A stretch of 64,000 nucleotides of DNA from Phyllobates terribilis (Eukaryota), in the NCBI RefSeq assembly GCF_046119375.1, contig NW_027362763.1, positions 319,424,001-319,488,000 on the forward strand, in the 5' to 3' direction. Shown here piece by piece: positions 1 to 11,929 of the stretch. The stretch's first letter is position 1, and each line of letters opens with the position of its first letter. Below the pieces are notes generated by a model. The model was given only the letters and a program-made list of their open reading frames with translations. It did no database searches and was not told where the DNA came from. Made by a program: the position numbers and the translations under genes.

Positions 1-224
1 TATATGTATAATGTATATAGATACACGCACATTTGGCAGAGTAGGCAGGGTCATATTTCCAAACTTTTATAAAAAGGGAGGAAGAGGTATTGCGGCACAT
101 ACAAAGTAATTATTTCCCTATTGACGCCCCTTAAAGTTCTTACCAAGGAAACTCCTTTCATGGACATTATAGTGTTTGATGCTCTCAAAAATGCCTCTAC
201 TCACACACAGAGTTTCATAGTACC

Positions 225-507
225 ACGCCAGTCAGTATGATGCCCCCACTCAGTATGATACCCCTACAGCCATCACTCAGTATGAAACCCCCACACAGTA
301 TTATTGTCCCTGAAACCCCCCACACAGTATGATGGCCCCTCAGTATGATGATCTCACAGTCCCCCACCTCACACAGTATCATGGTGTCCACAGCACACTA
401 CACAGTATGATTGCCCTCCAGTATGATGCTCTCACAGCCCTTCAGTATGATTTACCCACAGCCCCCACTCAGCTTGATGCCCCCACAGCCATGACTCAAA
501 ATGATAA
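225..507. repeat. Degenerate minisatellite (CCCCCACTCAGTATGATG-type units), left part, interrupted by the LTR element
   Basis: Recurrent CAGTATGATG / CCCCCACTCAG motifs; the same array resumes after 5452. Confidence 0.8.
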
Positions 508-1752
508 TGTAGCACCCTGAGGATTCGGCTGCTACAGGGGTATTGCACCTCAACCCAGAGGTGTGATATTCCACTCCCGGGTAAGGATGGAGTGTGGAAC
601 TGAGCTCAGTTAGCTGCATGCACTACACACATCCCATTTCCGAGGAACAGACCGATGGTACTCCCACTAGAGAAATGTGCAGGTACGACAGTGTCTGTTC
701 CTGGCTGGAGTGGGAGGGGGGTGGAACATCCCAGTAGTGTAGGGGCAGATAGGGGGAGCAGTCTGGGTAATGCTAGGAGCTCATTGGGTGCTGGTCACCT
801 GAGCTCACACATAGAGGGAGTATATAAGGTGGGAACCATCTTAGGACAGAGTCTTTGTAGAGTGAGTCAGTCTGTCAGAGTGTAACCTGAGGAGCAGAGC
901 AGACAAGCTCAGCCAGAAGGGCTGACAGGGAGTTGTGGTTCCGGCTGGGCCCAGCTCCAAGGCCAAGAGAGAGAGAGGAGTCTGAAGGACCCAGAGAAAA
1001 CAAGAGGGAACTCCAAGAACCCAAAATTAGATCAGAGGGTGAAGAGTTGGCACCTAGGGTACCGGATCCCAAGCTGGCAGAGAGAGAAAAGCACACCTTA
1101 GCCAGAGACCGGAGGTCGTGGGCAGGATCTGCCACGACCCTCACCAAATCCACCAGGAAGGCAGACCAAGTATAGGGTCAGGGAACCCAGAGGAGGTGTA
1201 CCCACCAAGAGACCCGAGGGAGCCGGACATAGGTGGATCCCTGGTGAGAACGGCCAGAAGAGAGGGAAAGTCAGACAGGAGCTCAGGACCACGCTCCAGA
1301 ACTGCCTGGGGGTTAGCCGAGTCCAGGACCTGGTGGACGCAGCACGGCTCGGGTGGTCACTTCAGGCCAGAGTGACCATAAGAACACCCGTAAGTAAAAC
1401 CCCTGAACTGCACAGCCCGACTCTGAGTCTTCTTGCTGATTCATCCTGCACCTTCACCACCACCATCCTCTACATCTGACCCCCTGAGGCTATACCCCTC
1501 CCGTTGGGGGTTATACTACCAAAGCTGCACACATACCAACAGCCTCAGCGGACCCTGCTGCAGCGGCGGCCTTTTGACCGCAAATCAACGGGTGGCGTAG
1601 TCGACACAAAGAACTCTAATAACATCTGTAGGACTGCCACACACTGAGTTTGACACCCTGGGCACGGACCGGGTCACAGCCACTCGGAGACTACAACCCC
1701 CATCTGATCCGGCTCCGGGTATCCCTAACAACATGGCCCAGGGGGCGCGTCA
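508..1752 (+). repeat. 5' LTR of copy 1 (1245 bp)
   Basis: Direct repeat of 4203-5448 with only a handful of visible differences; followed 4 nt later by the PBS. Confidence 0.95.
821..827 (+). promoter_or_regulatory. Putative LTR TATA box (TATATAA)
   Basis: Same motif at 4516-4522, 60516-60522 and 16081-16087, about 270-315 nt from each LTR 5' end. Confidence 0.6.
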
Positions 1753-1756
1753 ACTT

Positions 1757-1775
1757 TGGCGTAGTCGGCAGGATT
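1757..1775 (+). other. Primer-binding site complementary to the tRNA-Ser(AGA/TGA-type) 3' end
   Basis: TGGCGTAGTCGGCAGGATT is the reverse complement of AATCCTGCCGACTACG-CCA, the vertebrate tRNA-Ser 3' end as I recall it. Confidence 0.9.
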
Positions 1776-3424
1776 ACGTGCCCGCAACAACCGGGTACTG
1801 CGTGCCTGAAGAAAAGTTCATCGTTACCTCAAAAAGAAGTCTGCCGCCGGTTCCGGAGGGTCCCCGCCAACGGACCCCATCACAGGTCGTTTCCCGCCGG
1901 TTGTCCGCCATTTGCAGCTTTTTCCCGCCATCCATGGAGTTTCCCGCCACTGGGAGACGACTCCCGCCATTTCCAAGGATTTCCCGCCTTGGGAGAGCGG
2001 ACGCCATTATGGGCGTGCCAGAGGGTGGCAAGAGGCCACCTCCCATCGTGGGCCAGGTCGAAGAATGGCGCCAAAAGCGGAAACCGCGCCCACCAACAGA
2101 GACTGTGATGCTGGAAGTGTCCATCAGCGTAAGAGAACTGCCCCTGGAACTGACAATCACAAAGTTGCCCCGGGACCACCCTCAATGTGGGCGGAGACTG
2201 AACAAGAGAGCAAAGATGGGTGTCGCCTGGAGCAGTCTGGAGAGAGCGCACCCGGAGACAAGAAGTCTGGAGAGGAGTCCAGAGAGAGCCTACCCGGAGA
2301 TGGAGGGAGAGACAGGCAGCACCGACCCAGTGGTCAGGAGCCTGCTACAAGCCACAACTCCACTAGGCCTAGTGGAGGTCCTGGCACAGCTCCCCCGAGA
2401 CCGGGAGTGTGCACAGACTGCGCTGGAGGGCCTCGCACGGAGGATGGCCCGGGTGCAGCGAGAGACGTTGGCGGAGTGGAGCCGAGAGATGGCCCAGCAG
2501 ACCGAAACCCGACAGCGGAGCACGCCACCCGAGACGAGGAGACAGACCGCCTCTGAGGATGGTGCAGGAGGAGTGAAGGCCGGAGACGGCGCCGAGAAGG
2601 GAGCTGAACGGACGGAGGCAGGTAAAGGGGACGTCTCTACCCCGAGCCAAGAAACCGTGTACCTGTCCCAGCTCCCCGTCGCAGAGCCCGAAATTCCCCC
2701 TGCCGTGCCCGTCGCTGCATCGTCACCGTGCCGGACTAGGCCTCAAGTAGAAGCCGCGGCCGCGACCCCTGTGACGTCACACGCCTCGACCCTGAGCGCG
2801 ACCAAACAGGAAATACCACCGGCCTGGTCGCAAGGCCTAGTACCCCCGGGCGCCGCTATTCCAACAGCGCCCCCTACCTCCGCGGAGCCACCAGCCTGGT
2901 CGCAGGGCTGAGTAACCCAGGGCGCCGCCGTTCTTACGGTGCCCTTTGCCTTTAAGGTGCCCCAGGCCTGGTCGCAAGGCCTGGTTAACCCGGGCGCCGC
3001 TACCATCAACGCGCCCTCAACATCTAGAGTGCCGCACCTGGGTGAAAATCTATTCGCCCAGCATACGTGCCCGGATGGGCAGCCCTTCATATGGCCCCAG
3101 GAGTACATTCAGCTGGAACTCCAGAGAGCAAGGCCCATGTGCGAGCCCCTGATTCCGGCTCCGAAGCCCGTAAAGAGGACCTCGCCCCCGCTGGAGGAGG
3201 CACAGTTCGAGTGGGACCCCACTGGAGAAGACCTCATGGGGTTCACTCAGGAGACTCGGGCGGCCGCAGCGGAGCGTGCAGAGTGCTGCCGCCAGCAGCT
3301 CGAGGTCTTCGAGAGGGAGCGGAGAGAGAGGCGGGTCCGGGAACAGCAAATGCAGATAAGGAGCGCGGAGCAGAAGAGCCGGACCAGGAGGAAACCCCGT
3401 GCAGCTCATGGTCCCCCTTCCACC

Positions 3425-3631
3425 GGGACTGTGATAAAATTCAACATGCAGCATGGGTGGGGCTTCATTAGAGACCATCATACCCCCGGCGACGTCTTTG
3501 TGACCCGCAGAGACGTAGAAATCCATCTGCCGGAGGGACACAGAGGTCGTGACCTGTATGTAGGGGACGAGGTCACCTTCACCCGGCACAAGTGTGCCAA
3601 AGGACCCTACGCCCTCCATGTGCATCGCCTG
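3425..3631 (+). other. Cold-shock domain (Y-box/CSD-like), copy 1
   Basis: GTVIKFNMQHGWGFI...GDVFVT...LYVGDEVTFT...KGPYALHV aligns to YBX GTVKWFNVRNGYGFI...EDVFVH...VGDGETVEF...KGAEAANV, including RNP1 and RNP2. Confidence 0.9.
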
Positions 3632-4193
3632 ACGGAGGAGGAGCTGCGGTGTGAGGAGGAGCAAGAGGGCCCGGACGGGTCTGAAACTGAAACCAACCAA
3701 CAAGAAAGAGCAGGAGGACGCCGTCGTTGAAGTACGGTAGAGAGAGACTGTACATAGTTACCCGTCAGGGTATAAGAACTGTTCTAGTTAAAATATAGTC
3801 CCCGTTGGGACCAGCAGATTGAACTGAAACCCGTGTGTCCCTATTCCCACTGACCGAGGACTGAGAGCGGTCAATCCTCCCTAATACCTGGCCGAGGACT
3901 GAGAGCGGCCATATTTCCCTTGTATATAGTTGCGCTTCCTAAAGCGCCCCCTACTGGTTTTATAGGAAACTGTTTTTCTTGAAGAGACTGTTGCACTTTA
4001 CCCGGTCACAAGTTGCACCGTGACCGGAGGAACCAGAGACAGGAATGTTTACAAGAATGTTATTTATGAAAACGTTTTATTGCTGATGATATATATGATG
4101 TTTTATATGTTTATATGTTGATGTTTATGAAAAATAATTGTATGTTTTGGATGTTTTTATCTTTAACAGCCCGAGGACGTGCTGTGATTTACC

Positions 4194-4202
4194 AGGGGGG
4201 AA
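4194..4202 (+). other. Polypurine tract (AGGGGGGAA)
   Basis: Immediately 5' of the 3' LTR; identical at 63919-63927. Confidence 0.8.
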
Positions 4203-5448
4203 TGTAGCACCCTGAGGATTCGGCTGCTACAGGGGTATTGCACCTCAACCCAGAGGTGTGATATTCCACTCCCGGGTAAGGATGGAGTGTGGAACTGAGC
4301 TCAGTTAGCTGCATGCACTACACACATCCCATTTCCGAGGAACAGACCGATGGTACTCCCACTAGAGAAATGTGCAGGTACGACAGTGTCTGTTCCTGGC
4401 TGGAGTGGGAGGGGGGTGGAACATCCCAGTAGTGTAGGGGCAGATAGGGGGAGCAGTCTGGGTAATGCTAGGAGCTCATTGGGTGCTGGTCACCTGAGCT
4501 CTCACATAGAGGGAGTATATAAGGTGGGAACCATCTTAGGACAGAGTCTTTGTAGAGTGAGTCAGTCTGTCAGAGTGTAACCTGAGGAGCAGAGCAGAGA
4601 AGCTCAGCCAGAAGGGCTGACAGGGAGTTGTGGTTCCGGCTGGGCCCAGCTCCAAGGCCAAGAGAGAGAGAGGAGTCTGAAGGACCCAGAGAAAACAAGA
4701 GGGAACTCCAAGAACCCAAAATTAGATCAGAGGGTGAAGAGTTGGCACCTAGGGTACCGGATCCCAAGCTGGCAGAGAGAGAAAAGCACACCTTAGCCAG
4801 AGACCGGAGGTCGTGGGCAGGATCTGCCACGACCCTCACCAAATCCACCAGGAAGGCAGACCAAGTATAGTGTCAGGGAACCCAGAGGAGGTGTACCCAC
4901 CAAGAGACCCGAGGGAGCCGGACATAGGTGGATCCCTGGTGAAAACGGCCAGAAGAGAGGGAAAGTCAGACAGGAGCTCAGGACCACGCTCCAGAACTGC
5001 CTGGGGGTTAGCCGAGTCCAGGACCTGGTGGACGCAGCACGGCTCGGGTGGTCACTTCAGGCCAGAGTGACCATAAGAACACCCGTAAGTAAAAACCCCT
5101 GAACTGCACAGCCCGACTCTGAGTCTTCTTGCTGATTCATCCTGCACCTTCACCACCACCATCCTCTACATCTGACCCCCTGAGGCTATACCCCTCCCGT
5201 TGGGGGTTATACTACCAAAGCTGCACACATACCAACAGCCTCAGCGGACCCTGCTGCAGCGGCGGCCTTTTGACCGCAAATCAACGGGTGGCGTAGTCGA
5301 CACAAAGAACTCTAATAACATCTGTAGGACTGCCACACACTGAGTTTGACACCCTGGGCACGGACCGGGTCACAGCCACTCGGAGACTACAACCCCCATC
5401 TGATCCGGCTCCGGGTATCCCTAACAACATGGCCCAGGGGGCACGTCA
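4203..5448 (+). repeat. 3' LTR of copy 1 (1246 bp)
   Basis: Direct repeat of 508-1752; ends GCACGTCA, followed by TSD ATAA. Confidence 0.95.
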
Positions 5449-5452
5449 ATAA

Positions 5453-6040
5453 TCCTTCAGAGTATGATGGCCCCTCAGTCTGATGCTTCCATAACCCCCA
5501 CTCAGTATGATCACCCCCTCTGTATAACAATACCTTCCACAGCCACGCAGTATTATGATCCCCACAGCGCCCAACAAAATATGATTGCCCCTAAACATGT
5601 TCACTCAACCTCTTACTCAGTATAATGCCCCCCATTCAATATAATGGCACCCAATGCCAGCCCCACACTCATTATGATGGCCAGACCCCCGCTCAGTATG
5701 ATGACCCCCAATTCCAATCACTTACTTTGTATGATGGCCCCTACAGCCTGTCCCCACTCAGTATGATGGACCCCAATGCAAGCCCCCCACTCAGTATGAT
5801 GGCCCCTAATTCCAGCCCCCATTCAGTATGATGGTGCCTACAGCCAGCCCTCTACTTAGTATGATGGCCCCCATATCCAGCCCCCATTCATTATGATGGA
5901 CCTCAATGCCAGCCCCCACTTAGTATGATGACCCCAAATGACAGTCCCACACTCAGTATGGTGGACCCACAGCTGGTGTACCCATAGCCCCCCACTCAGT
6001 ATGATGTCCCCCACTCATTATGATATCTCCACAGTATGAG
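5453..6040. repeat. Degenerate minisatellite (CCCCCACTCAGTATGATG-type), right part
   Basis: Same motif family as 225-507. Confidence 0.8.
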
Positions 6041-8449
6041 AGTCCTCACAGCTACTAGCACTAACATAAAAAAAGAAAATAAACATTACTCATCTTGAGC
6101 TGTTACCCCGGCATGCTGCTCCGGTGTGCAGTGTGAGTACCGAGGCTTCGCACTAAAGGCGAGATGTAGTGATGTCATAGCACCTGCTGTGCAAGTCTCA
6201 AACTGACAGGCGCATGCTGAATGGTGGATCAGAGAGCCTTTGGCCTTTTTCTAACTGATCCACCATTCTATTCACCGGTATCTGCTTAACCAGTATGGGC
6301 CCCATAGTGGCCAACTACCCGGTTGCATTGGGCGGTAAACCCCTGCTCCTGATCAACTATTTTCTCTGAAGGATTTTTTATTTTCTCATATCCAATGTAT
6401 GTTGAATATTTTCTTTGAGATGACCACTGCTCTAGATGGCTATTTTTACATGCATTTTTTTGAAAAATCTTTTACAAGCATTTTTTCGCACCTAGGAAAA
6501 ACCAACAAACTTATAGTCTGCTGCATTTTGAAGAAAAAAAAAGCCACGCCAAAATTTCAGCATTTGTGTTTTACAGCTTCTTATTAACTTCCAGCAAAAA
6601 TCCAACTACAGTAAAAAAAAATAGCAACAAAGAACACAGGGAAAAATTCAACAATAATGCAATGTTTTCCCTAAAAATGCGTTATGTGCGATTCCAAAAC
6701 CCAAACATTCGATCATTGATGGTGTTGTATGTCATTATGTCAAGAGCATCATGATATCGGCAACTCTTTAATGATATGACCAATGTCAGCTATTTTATTG
6801 GCCAAAGCTCAACCCCAAAACAATGACTCAACCAAATAATCATCATCTTCTTCAACTTCATGTTTGTGGATGATATTCTGCAACTCCTCAACAAAAGTGA
6901 AGGCACAAAATGGTATGTATATATACACATTTAAAAAAACGTTGTTTTTTTTTCTTTTTTTAGTCCCCTCAGGGCACTTTAGTCTGCGATTGTCTGATCG
7001 CATATACTATATACGGCAATACTGCAGTATTGCAGTATATAGTGTAAATCTCTGTCTTCTTTCAACCTCAGCATATAGCTAAGCTTCAGAGGTGTACCAA
7101 GATGGCGGTGATGGGGGCCACCTGCTGCCATAGTAACCAATCGGCACCCCGATGAGTGCCGGCAATCGCGAGCAGCTGCATACGATCCATTTAAATGCCG
7201 CTGTCAGAGATCGACAACTGCATTTAAATGGTTAACAGCTGTGGCCGGAGCTCATCATCGTCTGTTAGAGACAGATGTCAGCTATGTAATCTAGTCGGTA
7301 TCTGCTGCATGGGGAAAGAGCTCAGTTTCTGAGACCCCTCCATAAGGAATCACCCCCAAAATCACATACACATACGTGATATTTCTTTAAGGAGTTAAAG
7401 AAAAAAAACATGGCAGACTTGCTTATTTCTTCATCCGCCCTCCGAAAAAAGGTTTATCACAATTTATATACGCCCCAAAATGTTTCTATTAAAATATATT
7501 GCTCATCCTATAAAAGAAACAGAGCTACATTGATGGAAAAATAAAGTTATGGATCTTGAAATACAAACTGCATTTTTTTCATGATATATAGTTTTATCCT
7601 GAAAAAGTAGTAAAATATTATACCCTGATATAAAAGTCCGCTAACATACTGAGTAAAATCATTCTTTTCAGCAAGTTGCACTCTTGCCTTCCCTATACTT
7701 GCCCTCTTTGACCCAGAAGCATTAGATTTCAAAGACATTCAGCAAAAGTCTAAATCTTCTTTTTATTGATTTTCTTGGTCTTTGTTGAAAACTAGAATGC
7801 GGATTCTATATAATGACCATACACGTCTTCACTTGACCCATAAATGCATTACAAACCGTCTTGGTTGCATAGATTTACATTTTGGAGCCAATTAGGGAAA
7901 AATGAAACACCATACTAGTGAATGGATTAAAGCTATCAATTCAATGTTATGATAGTGGGATATTTCAGTATGTGGCTTAAATTTAAAACCATGTCTACAA
8001 ACTCTTCTATGGGTGTGATTATTCTCCAGCGGTAAGCAGAGATAAATGATTTCTGGTGTGGCCGTGAAAGTAAATACTTTTCCCTATGTTACTTCAGTAG
8101 CTGCCAGAAGACTTGCACTGGGAATAGCTAAAAGGCCATAATGTTTGGGAGACCCTTCAGTCGGCTTAGTTAGCTGGTGGGTGTAATCCTACCCAGGCTT
8201 AGTGGAGTTGTGTTGAGTGACAGAGTTCAGCTAGTGAAAAAAAAAGATCTTCCTTTAAGACTAAACAAGCAAAGAATGGCTGGCTGCCTCCTCTGCCTGC
8301 GGGTGCTCATTACCTGATACCTAAATCCTTTTTATCATAGTGTTAAAAGATAAACAAGGGCTTGTGGAAAGGTTTGTGCTTCAGGGCTGAAGTGCTGACT
8401 GAGGGCGAGGGGTCAGCTATAAGCCAGGTGAGCACGTGTAGACTCTTAC

Positions 8450-8513
8450 CTGCGAAAGCATCTAGAGGTCTACTGGAAGTGATTTGTGTTGAGGGCTTTT
8501 CCCTTCTGAAATT
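8450..8513 (-). CDS. Candidate internal exon of an unidentified host gene (NFRREKPSTQITSSRPLDAFA)
   Basis: Minus-strand acceptor TTCTTCCTTCTATGCAG and donor GTAAGA; 64 nt with one open frame; no homology recognised. Confidence 0.3.
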
Positions 8514-8779
8514 CTGCATAGAAGGAAGAATTTGAACTCCCATGCCACTCATTTGAACCTGCTACTGATATGCCACTCATTTGCAGACATACCATGCGTT
8601 CAGCGGCACAATGACCCTGCAAGAATGTGGTCGATTAGCTTGCTAAAAACTTTCTCCAATAACTATTAATATATACATATTGCAATTATACTATAGCTAT
8701 TAAAATATTTAGAAAATCTGTGTAGATATACTGCAAGTATAAGGCTGAATTCACACTAGAATTTTGTCTTTCTGTTATA

Positions 8780-9660
8780 TATGCAAATTGCCTCTTCAGA
8801 GAGGATGAGGACTAGAACTCTAGTGCCACCCATTGGAAGTAGTAATCCTAAAAGTCAATATGGACCCTTTAAAGAACCTTGCCACATGTTTTGGGATAAA
8901 AGTCAAACCAGAATTTCAATTTGCACGATGTTTTGGGTATTGCCCCTTGTCAGTGCAAAGTATGAGATCTTATTTGGCTGTATGAGACTCTGTTTGGACT
9001 TTTATCTTAAGTCATATGGCAAGGCTCATTAAAGAAGCACTCCTCCCATCAAAATGTTTATCCTCTTAATATATTGCAGTCATCATATTATATAGCACTG
9101 TGTTCTTACAATTGCTCATTTTTCCCTTCTAGCCAGTTAATTCTTCTCTTTTCTCTGCACTATGTAGAAACAGGAAGTCTCTTGTCCCTGTATTTACCAT
9201 TCCCCTCTTCAACTGTTGACCCAGCTGCTCCACTCCTCCCCCCCTGCCAGGGACTTTTGCAGTGACTTATGACTCATACAGGGAAAATTGACCTCCTGTT
9301 TCTACATAGAGCTAAGAAGGATTCAGCTAGTCAATTGTTAATCACGTGATGTCATGGACCTAATGGAAAACAGAAGAATTAGTATTAGGGCAAAATGAGC
9401 AATTGTAAATACACAGTGCTATATAATTTGATGACTGCAATATATTAAGGAACTAAAAATTTTGATGGAAGTTGCTTAATTAAAGAGTCGATATTGACAT
9501 TTTACTTCCAAAAGGTGGCACTAAAGTTCAAGTCCTCTTCCTCTCTAAAGAAGCAATTTGCATGTTTAATTTCCCAGAGGAGCATTGCATGGCTTATACG
9601 TCTCCTTACACTGGCATGCCGGACATGTAACTCTCCACAAGGAGAAATGCTACCGCTTAG
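8780..9660. mobile_element. Decayed copy of the retrozyme-like element at 48056-48667, split by a TTAA MITE
   Basis: Shares TATGCAAATTGCCTCTTCAGAG, TTTCCCAGAGGAGCATTGCATGG and ACTCTCCACAAGGAGAAA blocks; degenerate hammerhead on the minus strand at 8920-8959. Confidence 0.75.
9033..9479. mobile_element. TTAA-inserting (T2/Kolobok-type) MITE
   Basis: TTAA at 9029-9032 and 9480-9483; long imperfect internal inverted repeats; second copy at ~17095-17983. Confidence 0.75.
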
Positions 9661-11929
9661 ATCCCTGTTCTGTTATAGGAACACAAAAACAGAATTGCAA
9701 GGGACAGATCGGTCCAATGACAGAGACAAACGGCACAAGGCCAAAGCAACTGATTATAATTGGGTCTATTAAGTTTTCGTTCAGATGTCCATCCAGCATC
9801 TTCTGCTTTCTCTTCTGGTAGAAATGACGAAACGTGCAATAGAACCGGAGTGCATAACAGTTTCTGCTCCAAGGGCTACATTGTCACAGTGGACTACTTC
9901 CAAGGGCCGCTATAAATCGTGAGGGGGGGTATTACCTTGATAGCATATCATATCACCACTACCAGGACTCCCACAGATCTGGAGAATGGGGTGCTCTCCT
10001 TCTCCAATAAATACTCTAGAGAGGAGAAGACCCTAAACACATTTAAAATTCTCCCTTGAAGATTATGGGTGTTGTAGTAGTTGGCTGCATTTCACAATAC
10101 CCTTAAAATAGAATAGTGAGAGTTGCGTGCAAAGGCAGCCACTACTGCTAGGCAGCATTCAGATAGGCGTATTTCACAAGACTGCAATAACCAGACTGCC
10201 CTCGTGTCTATGAGGCTGTAAGTTAAGGTTGGGAGACCCACGTTCTATTGGGGCATTGTGGTTCGTATATAGACCCTTAAATATGCCCGTGTGAACCTGG
10301 ATTTTCTTATATATACATTTTTGATTTACTGTACAAGGATCAAGGAACCCTAATCTATTGATGTTTTTTCGGACCCAGATATGGTTACACAGTGCTCTCT
10401 GTCTGTGCCTGTCCATCCCTGCTCCTGAGTGTTCAGTGTGCTACTCTTCTTCCCTCTGACATGGTAACTACTGTATATACAGAAGGTTGGGGGCTGCACA
10501 AAATGGCATGGAGATTCACATGTTGCCCCCTCATAACAGGTTGTATGCCCCTGCAACATAGCCACCTAGTGTAGGCTCTGATGCAAATCTGAGCATAGGA
10601 GAAGACATTCAGGTCATTTAGAAGGAATGTCTACAGTGGAAAAAGAAATTGGGTAATGAGTTTACATGATAAAATATTTACTGCAGCATTAAACTATTTT
10701 CAATATACTAATCCCAATAATGTGTCAACAAATCTTTTCTTTCCTACTAGTCCACAAGCAGCAAGGCTCAACTTGCCATTGAAAGAGATTGAGACTGCTC
10801 CGTCCTGATTATTTGCAGAGTATCAGCATGGCCTGGCACAGCGTTTCAAGGCTTCCAGAGCACCTGACATCCTAATAACATTGTGCCAAGTCGTAATGAT
10901 ACTCTGCACTTAAGCTTTGATCTTGCAAGCTCATAGTCTCTGACTTTAAATATGCTACATTAAAAGGCATAGGCAAAAAGGATTCTACTTTAATTTATAA
11001 TAAAGATTACCAACATTGAATCTCATTTAAATGTCACCCACATATTCAGATTCTCCACATCTGCATATTACAGCAGCCTCAGTAAGCCTCAGTATACATA
11101 TAGATTATACACTTCATCTCTTAAAATCATAATTCTTGCTAATCGCTTACTGTATAGATTGGAAAAACCCATAGATCAGGGTTATTGACTCTTGTGTTAG
11201 ACTTTGGTGGCCTCAGGACAGGGTTTTGGAACATGGTTTTGTTGTGAAAGGTGGAAAGTAATTTGCCACAAGGAGGAGATAACAAATTGTCAGTCGTCAG
11301 TGAAACGTTGTTATCTGTGGTTGTCATCAGTTCTTAAGTGAACCTTTCATCCAGCAAGTGAAAATTCTATAAAAAGGTATTTATTTCCTAAAAATCTCAT
11401 TTTCTATAGAATGATCAGTGAAGAGCAATGATGGAGTTACCCTAGCGTTTTCAGTAGAATTAAAATGTGGGATCAGATTGTCTGAGCAATACCCTCTTTG
11501 TCCATTTCCTTTCTCCTTAATTGCTCTTCCTGTGGACTTATTTTCAGCATTAGTAAACATTCCTATAGAAAGGACCCATCAGCTCTCCAACAATGTCTAT
11601 TTTAGTAAAAAAAATGTCCTCAAGGAATAATTCTTTATGATCCTCAGACTAAGGTAATATAGGTTACAAGCTCTCAAGCTGGATGCAGTCTTGTCAGATA
11701 AATACAGTATTATGGCACCTGACCTTGGTGGTTTTATAAAAGAATTATGGTTCAGATCTTGATGGTTACATTTTAAATTTGAGGCACAAAGCTTAGAGGT
11801 TACTAAAGATGAGCGAATATTTTGAAATTTGAATTCGCTGACCGCCAAATTTTCCCCATTTGTAGCAAGTAAATTTGCGTGAATTTCAGTACTGGAAAGT
11901 TTGTAATTGCTTGTAAAATACATGTGAGG

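Larger units (their letters stand above)
1733..3730 (+). pseudogene. Single ORF of copy 1 (~665 codons) with a C-terminal cold-shock domain, split by one in-frame TGA at 2909-2911
   Basis: ORFs 1733-2911 and 2939-3730 share a frame and are colinear with the intact 694-aa ORF at 61384-63468 (TGA aligns with CAG). Confidence 0.9.
508..5448 (+). mobile_element. Non-autonomous LTR retroelement carrying a cold-shock-domain ORF (copy 1)
   Basis: Near-identical direct LTRs 508-1752 and 4203-5448 (TGT...TCA); 4-bp TSD ATAA at 504-507 and 5449-5452; PBS 1757-1775; PPT 4194-4202; single ORF with no RT/IN/PR motif. Confidence 0.95.

Noticed and set aside
655-1375. Short ORFs repeated in both LTRs (76, 80, 85, 92 aa)
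   Set aside because: Duplicated only because the LTR is duplicated; not preserved as ORFs in the copy 2 LTR; no motif
1757-1775. tRNA gene
   Set aside because: Only a 19-nt complement to a tRNA 3' end, including CCA; no cloverleaf, so it is a PBS
1774-3703. Overlapping antisense and alternative-frame ORFs in the CSD gene (also 61425-63384)
   Set aside because: Expected shadows of a GC-rich ORF; synonymous changes track the main frame
6530-7398. Possible piggyBac-derived non-autonomous fragment ending AAGGAGTTAA (similar-looking region at ~14990-15808)
   Set aside because: Only one degenerate end is visible, with no partner TIR or TSD; cannot be supported from sequence alone
10750-11400. 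Exon-like islands with AG acceptors
   Set aside because: All frames hit stops before a convincing donor; no recognisable protein
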